Counted from the first letter of the stretch, positions 19,036-28,990 are shown. The stretch: DNA of 64,000 nt from an uncultured Oribacterium sp. (GCA_963545355.1 CAUUIW010000005.1:7913-71912); one strand, 5' to 3'. Translations and numbers: made by a program. The notes: a model not told the origin generated them from the letters alone.

Positions 19036-19563
19036 ATGAGAGTGAGACGATATTCCATATTTGCGCTTTGCACCGCAGTTTTGATTGTGCTGGATCAATG
19101 GACCAAGCAGCTGGCGGTACAGGCACTGTCCGGGGGCAGGGAAATCAGGATTTTAGGGGATGTATTTACCCTCCTTTATGTAGAGAACCGGGGAGCTGCC
19201 TTTGGAATTCTTCCGGGCGCGAGATACTTTTTCTTTCTGATTACGATTCTTGTGACGCTTCTGATTCTCTGGCTTCTTTGGATTCTTCCGGCGGGGAAAC
19301 ACTATACACCGCTCTTTGTGCTCTGCATCTTTGTGTTTTCCGGAGCTGTCGGGAACTGCATTGACCGTCTGTGTCTGCACTATGTTGTGGATTTTTTTTA
19401 TTTCCGTTGGATCAATTTTCCGGTGTTCAATGTTGCGGATATCTATGTCACGCTCAGTGCCGCCGCGATGATTCTTCTCTTTCTCTTTGTGTATCGGGAG
19501 AAGGACTTTTTGTTCCTGCGGCTGCCCTTTGAAAAAAAAGGGGAAACGAACAAAAGAGAATAA
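19036..19563 (+). CDS. lspA: Lipoprotein signal peptidase II
   Basis: DQWTK, ENRGAAFG, GNCIDRL, VVDF and FNVAD. Confidence 0.95.
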   Translation: MRVRRYSIFALCTAVLIVLDQWTKQLAVQALSGGREIRILGDVFTLLYVENRGAAFGILPGARYFFFLITILVTLLILWLLWILPAGKHYTPLFVLCIFVFSGAVGNCIDRLCLHYVVDFFYFRWINFPVFNVADIYVTLSAAAMILLFLFVYREKDFLFLRLPFEKKGETNKRE

Positions 19564-19575
19564 AAGAGGAGTGTC

Positions 19576-20529
19576 ATGGCAGAAGAAAAGATCTATACGG
19601 TTTCCGAGGCGGAGAGCGGACTGCGTCTCGATAAATTTCTTTCCCGGAAGCCGGAGCTCAGTGTCTCCCGCTCCTATCTTTCGAAGCTGATTCAGGAGGG
19701 AGAGATTCTCCTCCGAGGAGAGCGCGCAAAGGCGAGCTGCAAATTAAAGGCAGGAGAAGAGATCCGTCTCCGTCTTCCGGAGGCAAAGGCGCCGGAGATT
19801 CCGGCAGAATCCATTCCCCTGGACATTCTGTACGAGGATGAGGATATTCTCCTCATCAATAAAGGAAAAAATATGGTGGTTCATCCGGCACCGGGACATG
19901 GGAGCGGTACGCTGGTCAATGCACTGCTCTATCACTGCGGAGACAGTCTTTCCGGAATCAACGGTGTTTCCCGTCCGGGAATCGTACACCGGATCGATAA
20001 GGATACGACAGGGGTGCTTCTGGTCTGCAAGTCGGATTTTGCACACCGTGCCCTTGCGGAGGAGCTGAAGCTGCATCACATGGAACGGCAGTATCTTGCG
20101 CTGGTCTATGGCAAGGTGAAGGAGGAGGAAGGGACGGTAGATGCCCCCCTTGCCCGGCACAGGACGGAGAGACGGAAGCAGGCGGTGGACTTTGAGAGGG
20201 GGAGGGAGGCGGTCACGCATTACCGTGTCCTGGAGCGGTTTACAAAGTATACGCTTCTCCGCTGTCAGCTCGAGACAGGACGAACCCATCAGATTCGTGT
20301 GCATATGCAGTATATCGGGCATCCAGTGCTGGGAGATCCTCTCTACGGACCGAAAAAATGCGAGTTCCGGCTGGAGGGACAGTGCCTTCATGCGGAGACT
20401 CTTGTTCTGAGGCATCCCCGCAGCGGAGAGCTGATGCGTTTCCGGGCGCCCTGTCCCGTGTATTTTGAAAAGCTGCTCCGTCTTCTTCGGAACAGGTATG
20501 GCAGCGGAACCAACGGGTATGACGCTTAA
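19576..20529 (+). CDS. rluD: RluA/RluD family pseudouridine synthase
   Basis: S4 domain RLDKFL, VVHPAPGH, HRIDKDTTG and LETGRTHQIRVH; follows lspA. Confidence 0.9.
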   Translation: MAEEKIYTVSEAESGLRLDKFLSRKPELSVSRSYLSKLIQEGEILLRGERAKASCKLKAGEEIRLRLPEAKAPEIPAESIPLDILYEDEDILLINKGKNMVVHPAPGHGSGTLVNALLYHCGDSLSGINGVSRPGIVHRIDKDTTGVLLVCKSDFAHRALAEELKLHHMERQYLALVYGKVKEEEGTVDAPLARHRTERRKQAVDFERGREAVTHYRVLERFTKYTLLRCQLETGRTHQIRVHMQYIGHPVLGDPLYGPKKCEFRLEGQCLHAETLVLRHPRSGELMRFRAPCPVYFEKLLRLLRNRYGSGTNGYDA

Positions 20530-20537
20530 ACCAATGC

Positions 20538-20567
20538 TTGACACAGCTTCCGCTGTGATGCTATATT
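20538..20567 (+). promoter_or_regulatory. sigmaA promoter for rpsB-tsf
   Basis: TTGACA, 18 nt spacer, TATATT with extended TGn. Confidence 0.7.
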
Positions 20568-20597
20568 TCAAAAGTATGTCTGATTTTACAGACAGAG

Positions 20598-20680
20598 TAA
20601 ACACACAGAGTGGGTCCGGAGGTGTCGAAACGATCTGACCGGTCAGCACAGACATTCTGTGGAAGAACAAACCTGGGAGG
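20598..20680 (+). ncRNA. rpsB (S2) autoregulatory leader RNA
   Basis: ACACAC-initiated stem 20604-20612/20653-20661, GGGU segment and downstream AAACC before the SD, as in S2 leaders. Confidence 0.6.
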
Positions 20681-20686
20681 TAGAAA

Positions 20687-21418
20687 ATGAGTGCAATTGG
20701 AATGAAACAGTTACTGGAAGCCGGTGTACATTTCGGACATCAGACAAGAAGATGGAACCCGAAGATGGCTCCGTACATCTATACGGAGAGAAACGGGATT
20801 CACATCATCGACCTTCAGCAGACCGTGAAGATGGTTGATGATGCCTACAACGGCATGGCAGGAATTGTTGCCAACGGCGGCACGGTGCTTTTTGTCGGAA
20901 CCAAGAAGCAGGCGCAGGATGCCATCAAGGCAGAGGCAGAGCGCTGCGGTGAGTTCTATGTCGATCAGAGATGGCTCGGCGGTATGCTTACCAACTTCAA
21001 GACCATCCAGTCCCGGATCAAGAGACTGAAGGAGATCGAGAAAATGTCTGAGGACGGAACCTTTGATGTTCTGCCGAAGAAGGAAGTGACTCTGATTAAG
21101 AAGGAGTGGGCAAAGCTTGAGGCAAACATCGGCGGGATCAAGGATATGAAGCAGGTTCCGGATGCGATCTTCGTGGTAGATCCGAAGAAGGAGAAGATCT
21201 GTGTGCAGGAGGCGCATTCTCTCGGCATCACTCTTTTCGGGATTGCGGATACCAATGCCGATCCGGAAGAGCTTGACTATATCATCCCGGGCAATGATGA
21301 CGCGATCCGTGCGATCAAGCTGATCGTTTCCAAGATGGCTGACGCTGTCATTGAGGCAAAGCAGGGAGATGCTGTTACCGCGGAAGAGGCAGAGAAGGAA
21401 GCTTCCGACGAGCAGTAA
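20687..21418 (+). CDS. rpsB: 30S ribosomal protein S2
   Basis: [29 protein letters not shown] and [10 protein letters not shown]. Confidence 0.99.
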   Translation: MSAIGMKQLLEAGVHFGHQTRRWNPKMAPYIYTERNGIHIIDLQQTVKMVDDAYNGMAGIVANGGTVLFVGTKKQAQDAIKAEAERCGEFYVDQRWLGGMLTNFKTIQSRIKRLKEIEKMSEDGTFDVLPKKEVTLIKKEWAKLEANIGGIKDMKQVPDAIFVVDPKKEKICVQEAHSLGITLFGIADTNADPEELDYIIPGNDDAIRAIKLIVSKMADAVIEAKQGDAVTAEEAEKEASDEQ

Positions 21419-21552
21419 ACGATATCGGGGAGATGCGGTCTGCATCGGCATTTCCCTGAAGAAACTGAGCTGTGCCATAGAGGAGTCTTGTTTTCTCGGG
21501 TGGACGCAGCTTAGTTCAGGACGAAGAAAAAGTTCCGGATAAGGAGGAAATG

Positions 21553-22485
21553 ATGGCAGTTACAGCAGCACAGGTAAAAGAGCTTCGTGAGATGACCGGT
21601 GTAGGAATGATGGCATGCAAAAAGGCATTGACCGAGACCGACGGAAATATGGAGAGGGCAGTAGAGTACCTTCGTGAGCAGGGTCTTGCCGGCGCCGAGA
21701 AGAAGGCGGGCAGGATCGCCGCAGAGGGTGTGTCCTTCACCTATGTCGCTCCGGACCATAAGAGCGGTGTCGTCGTTGAGGTCAACGCAGAGACCGATTT
21801 TGTTGCCCGCAATGAGAAGTTCCAGGGCTTTGTAAAGGAAGTGGCAATGCAGGCGTTGAAGACCTCCGCTGAGGATATCGATGCTTTCCTTGCGGAGAAG
21901 TGGGAGCTGGATCCCTCCAAGACGGTAAATGAGCAGCTTTCCTCCATGATCTCTGTCATCGGAGAGAATATGCATATCCGTCGTTTCCGTAAGCTGGAGG
22001 AGCAGGAGGGTCTGGTACAGGATTATGTCCATGCCGACGGACGTATCGGCGTTCTTCTTCAGCTGAAGTCGGATGTTGTCAATGAAGCGGTTCGGGAGAT
22101 GGCAGAGAATATCGCGATGCAGGTCGCCGCTCTGAATCCGAAGTATACCAGCAGAGCGGAAGTGGATCAGGACTATATCAAGTCCGAGGAGAAGACATTG
22201 CTTGCGGCAGCTAAGAATGAGAAGCCGAATGCACCGGAGAAGGTTCTGACGGGTATGGTGCAGGGACGCCTCAACAAGGAGCTGAAGGAGGTCTGCCTTG
22301 CGGATCAGATCTATGTCAGAGCAGAGGACGGAAAGCAGACGGTACAGCAGTATGTGGATTCTGTTGCCAAGGCGCAGAATGCCAGGATTTCTCTTGTCAG
22401 CTTCGTTCGTTTCGAGACCGGTGAAGGACTGGAAAAGAAGAATGAGGACTTCGCTGCGGAAGTTGCCGCACAGATGGGCAAGTGA
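21553..22485 (+). CDS. tsf: Elongation factor Ts
   Basis: VKELREMTGVGMMACKKAL, EVNAETDFVA and RFETGEG. Confidence 0.98.
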   Translation: MAVTAAQVKELREMTGVGMMACKKALTETDGNMERAVEYLREQGLAGAEKKAGRIAAEGVSFTYVAPDHKSGVVVEVNAETDFVARNEKFQGFVKEVAMQALKTSAEDIDAFLAEKWELDPSKTVNEQLSSMISVIGENMHIRRFRKLEEQEGLVQDYVHADGRIGVLLQLKSDVVNEAVREMAENIAMQVAALNPKYTSRAEVDQDYIKSEEKTLLAAAKNEKPNAPEKVLTGMVQGRLNKELKEVCLADQIYVRAEDGKQTVQQYVDSVAKAQNARISLVSFVRFETGEGLEKKNEDFAAEVAAQMGK

Positions 22486-22504
22486 TCGGAAACCTGCCTT
22501 TTAT

Positions 22505-22529
22505 GACCCTGCTTCGGCAGGGTCTTTTT
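22505..22529 (+). terminator. Intrinsic terminator after tsf
   Basis: GACCCTGC-TTCG-GCAGGGTC followed by TTTTT. Confidence 0.88.
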
Positions 22530-22551
22530 CGCGATAGTGGAGAAGCCTGTG

Positions 22552-23304
22552 ATGAAAAACTATAAATTAACCCTTGCCTATGACGGAAGTCGATATCTCG
22601 GCTGGGAGCACCAGAGGGATACGGACAGAACCATCCAGGGAAAGCTGGAGGAGGTGTTCCGCCGTCTCCAGAATCTTCCGGAGGGAGCGGAGGTGGAGGT
22701 GATCGGCGCCGGACGTACTGACGCCGGCGTGCATGCCCGCGGAATGGTCTGCAATGTTCATCTCGATACGGAGCTGTCGGAGGAGGAGATTCGGCGCTAT
22801 GCAAACCGTTATCTTCCGGAGGATATCTCCGTCAATGAGCTGAAAATCTGTGCGGACCGCTTTCATGCGAGATACAGGGCGGTCGGCAAGATCTATCGCT
22901 ACAGCTTTTATTTCGGGGAAAGGAAGCCGGTATTCGAACGGAAATATGTCTCCTGTCTTCCGGAGAAACCGGATCTCGGGAAGATGAGGGAAGCTGCAGA
23001 ATACCTGGTGGGGGAGATGGATTTCACTTCCTTCTGCGGAAACCCAAAGATGAAGAAATCCTGTATTCGGAGGATACACAGTATAGAGCTCCGGGAGAGC
23101 GGCAGCTATCTTCGCCTGTATTTTCACGGTACCGGCTTTTTACAGCATCAGATTCGGATTATGACGGGAACCCTTCTTGAAGCGGGGCAGGGGAAGATTG
23201 CTCCTTCGGAGATTCCGGAGATCCTTCGGGCAAGAGACAGAAGCCGGGCAGGCTTTACCGCGGAGGCGCAGGGACTTTGTCTTATGAAGGTATTCTATGA
23301 CTGA
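22552..23304 (+). CDS. truA: tRNA pseudouridine(38-40) synthase TruA
   Basis: YDGS, GAGRTDAGVHA, FHARY, DFTSF, GFLQHQIR and GLCL. Confidence 0.94.
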   Translation: MKNYKLTLAYDGSRYLGWEHQRDTDRTIQGKLEEVFRRLQNLPEGAEVEVIGAGRTDAGVHARGMVCNVHLDTELSEEEIRRYANRYLPEDISVNELKICADRFHARYRAVGKIYRYSFYFGERKPVFERKYVSCLPEKPDLGKMREAAEYLVGEMDFTSFCGNPKMKKSCIRRIHSIELRESGSYLRLYFHGTGFLQHQIRIMTGTLLEAGQGKIAPSEIPEILRARDRSRAGFTAEAQGLCLMKVFYD

Positions 23305-23310
23305 GGGTGC

Positions 23311-23339
23311 TTTACAGGACGCGGCTTGCCCGCTACAAT
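23311..23339 (+). promoter_or_regulatory. sigmaA promoter for the yitT operon
   Basis: TTTACA, 17 nt spacer, TACAAT. Confidence 0.6.
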
Positions 23340-23454
23340 AGCTTTGGTTTTTTATAGCTGCAAAGCAAATCCCGAGGAGAAACCCGCGTTACAAATTTCC
23401 CGAGGGGCTGAGGAAACGAGGAAGCTTTTGCGGAGGAAAGGGGGGAGAGGGAGA

Positions 23455-24318
23455 ATGGCTTTAGTCAGCAGAGAAATGAAACAAAAACTGAGAGACGGTA
23501 TTCTGCTTTCTGTCGGCGTGCTTCTGATCTCGATTGCCGCGAAGGATATCTATGACGCACAGGGACTGGTTACCGGCGGTATCAGCGGTCTTTCCATTGT
23601 TCTCCACAAGCTTTTTTCCGTACCCCTGTGGATCGGCAACGCGGCACTCAACCTTCCGCTCTTTCTGATAGGCTTTCGCGTAAAGGGGTGGCATTTTTTA
23701 AAGCGCACCCTTTATGCGACAGTGCTGATGACCCTGCTTCTTCTGATTCTGCCGTCCTGCGCACTGGTACCTCCGAAGGATTTTTTTCTGGGCGCTGTTT
23801 TTGGCGGCATTCTCATGGGGGTCGGTTCCGGACTGGTATTTATCAGCTTTGCCACTACAGGGGGGACGGATCTTCTGGCTGCCATTGTCCAGACGCGTCT
23901 CCGTCATTACAGCATTCCGCAGATTATGCTGATTTTTGACGGTCTGGTGGTGCTGATCGGAATCGGGACCTTCGGACTCAGCAAGGCACTCTATGCCATG
24001 GTTTCCGTCTATATTTTCAGCAGAATTTCGGATGCCATCATTGACGGCATGCACTTTGCGAAGGCGGCATTTATCCTTTCTCCGAAGACCCGGGAGATTT
24101 CTCAAGCGGTGATGACGGGACTCGACCGGGGAACGACCCTGATCCATGCGAGCGGCGGATATTCCGGACGGGAAACGGAGATGCTGTACTGTGTGCTTTC
24201 CAAGCGGGAGATCACGATACTGAAGGATCTGGTCTATGATATCGATAAAAAGGCGTTTGTGATTATCACAGATGTACGGGAGGTACATGGAGAGGGATTT
24301 ACAATAGAGAAGAGATGA
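23455..24318 (+). CDS. YitT family membrane protein with C-terminal DUF2179
   Basis: TGGISGL, LNLPLF, TTGGTD, RGTT..GGYSG, IDKKAF and EVHGEGF. Confidence 0.9.
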   Translation: MALVSREMKQKLRDGILLSVGVLLISIAAKDIYDAQGLVTGGISGLSIVLHKLFSVPLWIGNAALNLPLFLIGFRVKGWHFLKRTLYATVLMTLLLLILPSCALVPPKDFFLGAVFGGILMGVGSGLVFISFATTGGTDLLAAIVQTRLRHYSIPQIMLIFDGLVVLIGIGTFGLSKALYAMVSVYIFSRISDAIIDGMHFAKAAFILSPKTREISQAVMTGLDRGTTLIHASGGYSGRETEMLYCVLSKREITILKDLVYDIDKKAFVIITDVREVHGEGFTIEKR

Positions 24319-25445
24319 GAAGCAAGATTGCCAACAAGACCGTATTTCTGACAGGAGCAGTAGCCGCCGCTGTTGCTTCCTGTTTTTTTGCCTATCCGAA
24401 TACCTCCTTTCTGCTTGTCTTTTCGCCGATCCTGTTTCTGGGACTGTATATCCAGTATTTTCTTCTCTGCACCGTAGAGGAGAGTCATATCTTTTATGCC
24501 TGGATTTTTCCGCTGGTTGCACGGCTTCGCTCGGTGAGAGCCATCGCCCTTCTTCTCTTTGCGGCGACCTATCTTCTTTCCATGCTTTTTTCGGAGGAGA
24601 TCAGTATCCTTCTTCTGATGCCCATCACTTTTCTGGTATTTTCCGAGAAAGAGGACGGCGGGAGGCTGCTGTTTCATCTTCTTGTGCTGGAAAGCATCGC
24701 GGGAACATTGGGGGAGATTCTGAGTCTGAGCGGAAGCTTCCATAACCTGTATCTGTATCTCAGCTATTCCTATCGTTTTCCTTCCTATTATGGTCTGCAG
24801 CTGCCCTTTTCGATCCTGGGCTTTATGTTTCTGCTGTTTTCGATCCTGAGCTTTCAGAAGCTTCCCGAGATTCATCATCAGAAGGAGCTGTTTTCCCCGG
24901 GAAGCTCCGATTATCTGCATTCCGCAGGATATAGGATTCTTTTTTTGACCCTGCTTCTCCTGCTGTTTTCTGCGCGGCTGGTTCCGATGCGGGTTTCCGT
25001 ACCCATGACAGCGGGGATGATGCTTCTGTACACCTTCTGTTTTCGGAAATTTCCGCTTCGCTATCTTTTGTACTGGTATGCTCTCATGGTGATTTTTCAG
25101 AATCTTTCCGTGCACCATGGACTGATTTCCTTCTGGAATACCTTTATTTACCACAGAGAAGCGCCGCTGTCGATGCTCCTGTCCATTCCTCTGGGAACGG
25201 ATCTTTCGACGCTGCTGCTTTCCCCCTTTACCACTAACGGGCGCCAGCTTCTGGTCGGGACGAATCTCGGCGGGCTCCTTTCGATTCCGAAATTTGTGAT
25301 CTTCATGAGTCTGATCCGCCGGATGAAAAAACTGGATCGGATTCAGCAGCTTTACCTGTATCAGCACTACTGGGCAATGCATCTCCAGATCTTCTGCGTA
25401 CTCCTGTTTGTCTCCTACTTTACCGGAAATTTGGTTCACACCTGA
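24315..25445 (+). CDS. Divergent ArsB/NhaD/YbiR-like anion permease
   Basis: Multi-TM protein; GTLGEILSLSGSFHNLYLY and LLVGTNLGGL resemble the family segments ANLGSxLTPxGNPQNLYL and GVNIGGL. Confidence 0.5.
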   Translation: MRSKIANKTVFLTGAVAAAVASCFFAYPNTSFLLVFSPILFLGLYIQYFLLCTVEESHIFYAWIFPLVARLRSVRAIALLLFAATYLLSMLFSEEISILLLMPITFLVFSEKEDGGRLLFHLLVLESIAGTLGEILSLSGSFHNLYLYLSYSYRFPSYYGLQLPFSILGFMFLLFSILSFQKLPEIHHQKELFSPGSSDYLHSAGYRILFLTLLLLLFSARLVPMRVSVPMTAGMMLLYTFCFRKFPLRYLLYWYALMVIFQNLSVHHGLISFWNTFIYHREAPLSMLLSIPLGTDLSTLLLSPFTTNGRQLLVGTNLGGLLSIPKFVIFMSLIRRMKKLDRIQQLYLYQHYWAMHLQIFCVLLFVSYFTGNLVHT

Positions 25446-25453
25446 GGAAAGCT

Positions 25454-26446
25454 ATGAAAATCTACTATGCGCCGCTGGAATCCATCACAGGATATCCGCT
25501 TCGGAATGTGCATCGGCAGCTGTTTCCGGGGATGGATCGTTATTATACGCCTTTTCTTTCTGCCAATGATAGCGGCAAATTTACCGGGAAGGAAAGGAGA
25601 GATCTGGAGGGAAAGAATAATGTCGGGATTCCTCTGGTTCCCCAGCTTCTGATGAAAGATCCCTTGAAGCTCTGTACCGCGGTTAAGACGATGCTTTCCT
25701 TTGGATATACGGAAATCAATCTGAATCTTGGCTGTCCCAGCCGAACCGTGACTGCCAAGGGAAAGGGCGCCGGGATGCTTCGGGATCCGGGGCTGCTGGA
25801 TGAATTTTTTGAAGCTTTTTTCATTCTTTTGGAGCAGGATGGTCTGCTCCCGGGAAAAGATCTCTATTTTTCCGTCAAAACCCGGCTGGGCTGGCAGGGG
25901 CTTTGGGAGCTTCGGGAGATCCTGCCGGTCATCAACCGTTATCCTTTCTCCGAGTGGATTGTTCATGCGAGGCTTGCCGAGCAGTTCTACCGGGGGGAAG
26001 TCCATCTGGACAGCTTTCAGGAGATCTATGAGGGGACGGAAATCCCGCTCAGCTATAACGGAGATATTCGGACCAGAGAGGATTTTCACTACATTCAGAA
26101 ACGCTTCCCCCGCCTCAGGGCGGTGATGCTGGGGCGGGGCATTGTTGCCAATCCTGCACTGGGAAGAGAATGCCAGGGAGGAGAAATCCTGAAAAAGGAA
26201 GAGCTTCGCTGCTACATGGATAAGCTATACCAAGGCTATGAAAGAGAAATCCGGGGAGAACGGAATCTCCTTTTCAAACTGAAGGAGCACTGGAATTACC
26301 TCTCTGTGCTGTTTCCGGAGGAAGAAAAGTCTCTAAAGGAAATCCGAAAGGCAAAGAACAGGGAGGAATATCTGGGAGGGGTCAGAGCGCTGTTTTCTCA
26401 CAGCGCAGAGCCTGCCAGAGTCAGGAGAGGGCTGCCATGCGACTAG
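25454..26446 (+). CDS. tRNA-dihydrouridine synthase family protein
   Basis: APLE, NLNLGCPS, GAGML, SVKTRLG, VHAR, YNGDI and MLGRG. Confidence 0.92.
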   Translation: MKIYYAPLESITGYPLRNVHRQLFPGMDRYYTPFLSANDSGKFTGKERRDLEGKNNVGIPLVPQLLMKDPLKLCTAVKTMLSFGYTEINLNLGCPSRTVTAKGKGAGMLRDPGLLDEFFEAFFILLEQDGLLPGKDLYFSVKTRLGWQGLWELREILPVINRYPFSEWIVHARLAEQFYRGEVHLDSFQEIYEGTEIPLSYNGDIRTREDFHYIQKRFPRLRAVMLGRGIVANPALGRECQGGEILKKEELRCYMDKLYQGYEREIRGERNLLFKLKEHWNYLSVLFPEEEKSLKEIRKAKNREEYLGGVRALFSHSAEPARVRRGLPCD

Positions 26447-27498
26447 AGTTTCCAAGCTATTATCAGAACTTCCGCTGTATTGCCGGAGAGTGCCGGGACA
26501 GCTGCTGTAGCGGCTGGGAGGTGGATGTTGATCCGGAAAGTGCCGCCTATTATCGGTCGCTTCCCGGCCTCTTTGGGGACAGACTCCGTGAGACTCTCCT
26601 CTATGATGCCGGGGAGGAGGAAAAAGCAGAATCCGGAGAGGAGGGAGAGCACGGAGGATATTATTTTCCGCTGACCGAAGATAAAAACTGTCCCTTCCTG
26701 AATGCGCAGGGACTCTGCGACATGTATACGGCGCTCGGAGAGGACAGTCTGTGTCAGGTCTGTACGGAATATCCGCGTTATTTTATCCCGCTCGGCGCCT
26801 ATCAGCAGATGGACCTGAATCTGTCCTGCATTGAGGTCGCGAGAATCCTGTTCTCGGAGACAGAGAGGATACAGTATCTGTCTCTGGAAACGGAGGAGGA
26901 GGGGGAAGTGCTGACAGAGGAAGAGGAGGAGAGGCTTCAGTATATTCTCCGGAAGAGAAATCAGTGGCTATCCCTGCTTCTTCACGGAAGAGGAGGGATA
27001 TTTTCCCGCTTAAAGCTTATGTATCAGGATATGGAGGAGACAGAGCCCACACTTCCGGAGGACAGGGCTTCGATGGAATCCACCGCCTCATTTCTCCGGC
27101 TTCTCTCCGGACTGACCGAGCTGGATACGCGCTGGAAGCAGCTGTTTCAGGCGCTTTGCCGACGCTTCGGGGAGAGGAGGGAGGAAGAAATCCGCGGTGA
27201 GGCAAAGCGGTTTTACCGGGAGAAACAGGGGGCGCTGGAGTCTTTTTTGACGAAGCTTTCCGCTTATCTTGTATTTCGCTATGCGGTGGATGCCTTCGGG
27301 GAAGACAGTTTTCTTCCGCTGGAGTGCTTTGTTCAGCGTTTTCTTCGACTCAATTTCCTGGCAGCTCTTCTTTGCTATCGGGAAAAGGGAGATTTTACCG
27401 AAGAGGATATGGCGGAGCAGGCACATTTACTCTCAAAGGAAGTGGAGCATGATATGGAAAATGTAGAGCGCCTTAAGGCGGGGAGGGCGGAAGCATGA
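26437..27498 (+). CDS. FliB-like (flagellin lysine-N-methylase family) Cys-cluster protein
   Basis: FRCIAGECRDSCCSGW, CPFL..GLC, LCQVCTEYPR, LSCIE and SKEVEH. Confidence 0.8.
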   Translation: MRLEFPSYYQNFRCIAGECRDSCCSGWEVDVDPESAAYYRSLPGLFGDRLRETLLYDAGEEEKAESGEEGEHGGYYFPLTEDKNCPFLNAQGLCDMYTALGEDSLCQVCTEYPRYFIPLGAYQQMDLNLSCIEVARILFSETERIQYLSLETEEEGEVLTEEEEERLQYILRKRNQWLSLLLHGRGGIFSRLKLMYQDMEETEPTLPEDRASMESTASFLRLLSGLTELDTRWKQLFQALCRRFGERREEEIRGEAKRFYREKQGALESFLTKLSAYLVFRYAVDAFGEDSFLPLECFVQRFLRLNFLAALLCYREKGDFTEEDMAEQAHLLSKEVEHDMENVERLKAGRAEA

Positions 27499-28850
27499 AG
27501 GCAAAGTCGCAGTCTTTCCGGAACCCGATTCTCGAAGGGAGAATCTGGGAGCAGATGATTCTTTTCTGTCTGCCCCTGATTTTCGGAAATTTCTTTCAGC
27601 AGCTCTATAATACGATCGACGCAGTCGTGGTGGGGAGATTCGTCGGAACGGAAGCCCTGTCCGAAGTCGGCGGAAGCAGCGCCGTCATCATTAATGTCTT
27701 TGTACAGTTTTTTATCGGTATCAGCGCCGGCGCGGCAGTGGTGGTTGCCCAGAACTATGGCGCCATGCGGAAGGAAAGGCTCCGGGACTCCGTGTATACG
27801 GCGATGCTGCTGTCTGTGGCTTTGGGAGTCTTTCTCTGTTTCTTCGGTATCCTCTTCAGCCGGCAGATGGCACTTCTTCTGCATACCCCGGAGGATGTTC
27901 TGCCGGGGACGGTTTCTTACCTCAAAATTTATTTCTGCGGGATGATTCCGAATCTCGTCTACAATATGGGAGCCGGCATCCTCCGTGCCGTAGGAGACAG
28001 CAAGAGACCTCTGTATTTTCTGATGCTGTCCTGTATCCTGAACATCCTTCTGGACCTTCTGTTTGTGCTGGGGTTCCATATGGGAGTGGAGGGTGTTGCC
28101 GTTGCCACGGTGCTCTGCCAGCTTACTGCGGCGGTGATGGTGGTCTGGATTCTCTTTCGCAGCAAAGAGGAATACCGGCTTACGCTCCGTGATATGAGAT
28201 TCCGGAAGGATGCCCTGAAAAAGATCCTTTATATGGGGCTGCCCGGCGGTATGCAGTCCATGATGTATACGATGAGCAATGTTCTCGTGCAGTTTATGGT
28301 CAACAGCTTCGGAACAAAGACCATGGCGGCATGGACCGCCTACGGTAAAATCGACGCGCTTTTCTGGATGATCTGCGCTTCCTTCGGCATCGCCTGTACA
28401 ACCTTTGTGGGGCAGAACTACGGCGCGAGCAATTTTCCGAGAGTCCGGGAGTCTGTCCGCCAGTGCTTCCTGATTATGGCACCGCTTGCAATTTTGGCTT
28501 CCGTCCTGTTTCATTTCTTCGGGAGCGGAATGTTTGTGCTTTTTACGAGGGACGGGGAGGTGATACAAATCGGGGCAGAGATTCTCCATGTCCTGTCACC
28601 GTTTTTCGTATTTTACACCCTGATTGAGATTCTGTCCGGAGCTCTCCGGGGCATGGGGGATGCGATACCGCCGATGCTGATCGACCTGCTGGGAGTCTGT
28701 GTCTTCCGTGTCTCCTGGGTGCTTCTGGTTCTGCCTCATTTCCGCAGTCTCTTTACACTGATGCTCTGTTTTCCGCTGGCATGGCTTTTGACAGGGTTTC
28801 TGTTCCTCGGGTATTTCCCTTGGTATATGAAGCGGCATCATATCCTGTGA
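27495..28850 (+). CDS. MATE family efflux transporter
   Basis: QQLYNTID, VAQNYGA, LRAVGDSKRPL, NILLD and VGQNYGA; about 12 TM helices. Confidence 0.94.
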   Translation: MKAKSQSFRNPILEGRIWEQMILFCLPLIFGNFFQQLYNTIDAVVVGRFVGTEALSEVGGSSAVIINVFVQFFIGISAGAAVVVAQNYGAMRKERLRDSVYTAMLLSVALGVFLCFFGILFSRQMALLLHTPEDVLPGTVSYLKIYFCGMIPNLVYNMGAGILRAVGDSKRPLYFLMLSCILNILLDLLFVLGFHMGVEGVAVATVLCQLTAAVMVVWILFRSKEEYRLTLRDMRFRKDALKKILYMGLPGGMQSMMYTMSNVLVQFMVNSFGTKTMAAWTAYGKIDALFWMICASFGIACTTFVGQNYGASNFPRVRESVRQCFLIMAPLAILASVLFHFFGSGMFVLFTRDGEVIQIGAEILHVLSPFFVFYTLIEILSGALRGMGDAIPPMLIDLLGVCVFRVSWVLLVLPHFRSLFTLMLCFPLAWLLTGFLFLGYFPWYMKRHHIL

Positions 28851-28859
28851 CGGGTGCCG

Positions 28860-28894
28860 CTGAGGCAATACTGCTTCACCCATCGTTGCCTCAG
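28860..28894 (+). terminator. Hairpin after the MATE gene (possible terminator)
   Basis: CTGAGGCAA...TTGCCTCAG 9 bp stem with a long loop and a weak U tract. Confidence 0.35.
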
Positions 28895-28961
28895 TTCCTC
28901 CGGAGCTGTCCTGAACCTGAATAAAAACAAGGAGAAATCTGCTGAGTCGACGCTTTATCGC

Positions 28962-28990
28962 TTGAAAATTATGAACTTTTCGTGTATATA
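28962..28990 (+). promoter_or_regulatory. Probable promoter for the opp operon
   Basis: TTGAAA, 17 nt spacer, TATATA in an AT-rich tract. Confidence 0.5.

Noticed and set aside
28963..28982. CodY box at the opp promoter
   Set aside because: Best alignment has about 5 mismatches to AATTTTCWGAAAATT, which is too weak to call
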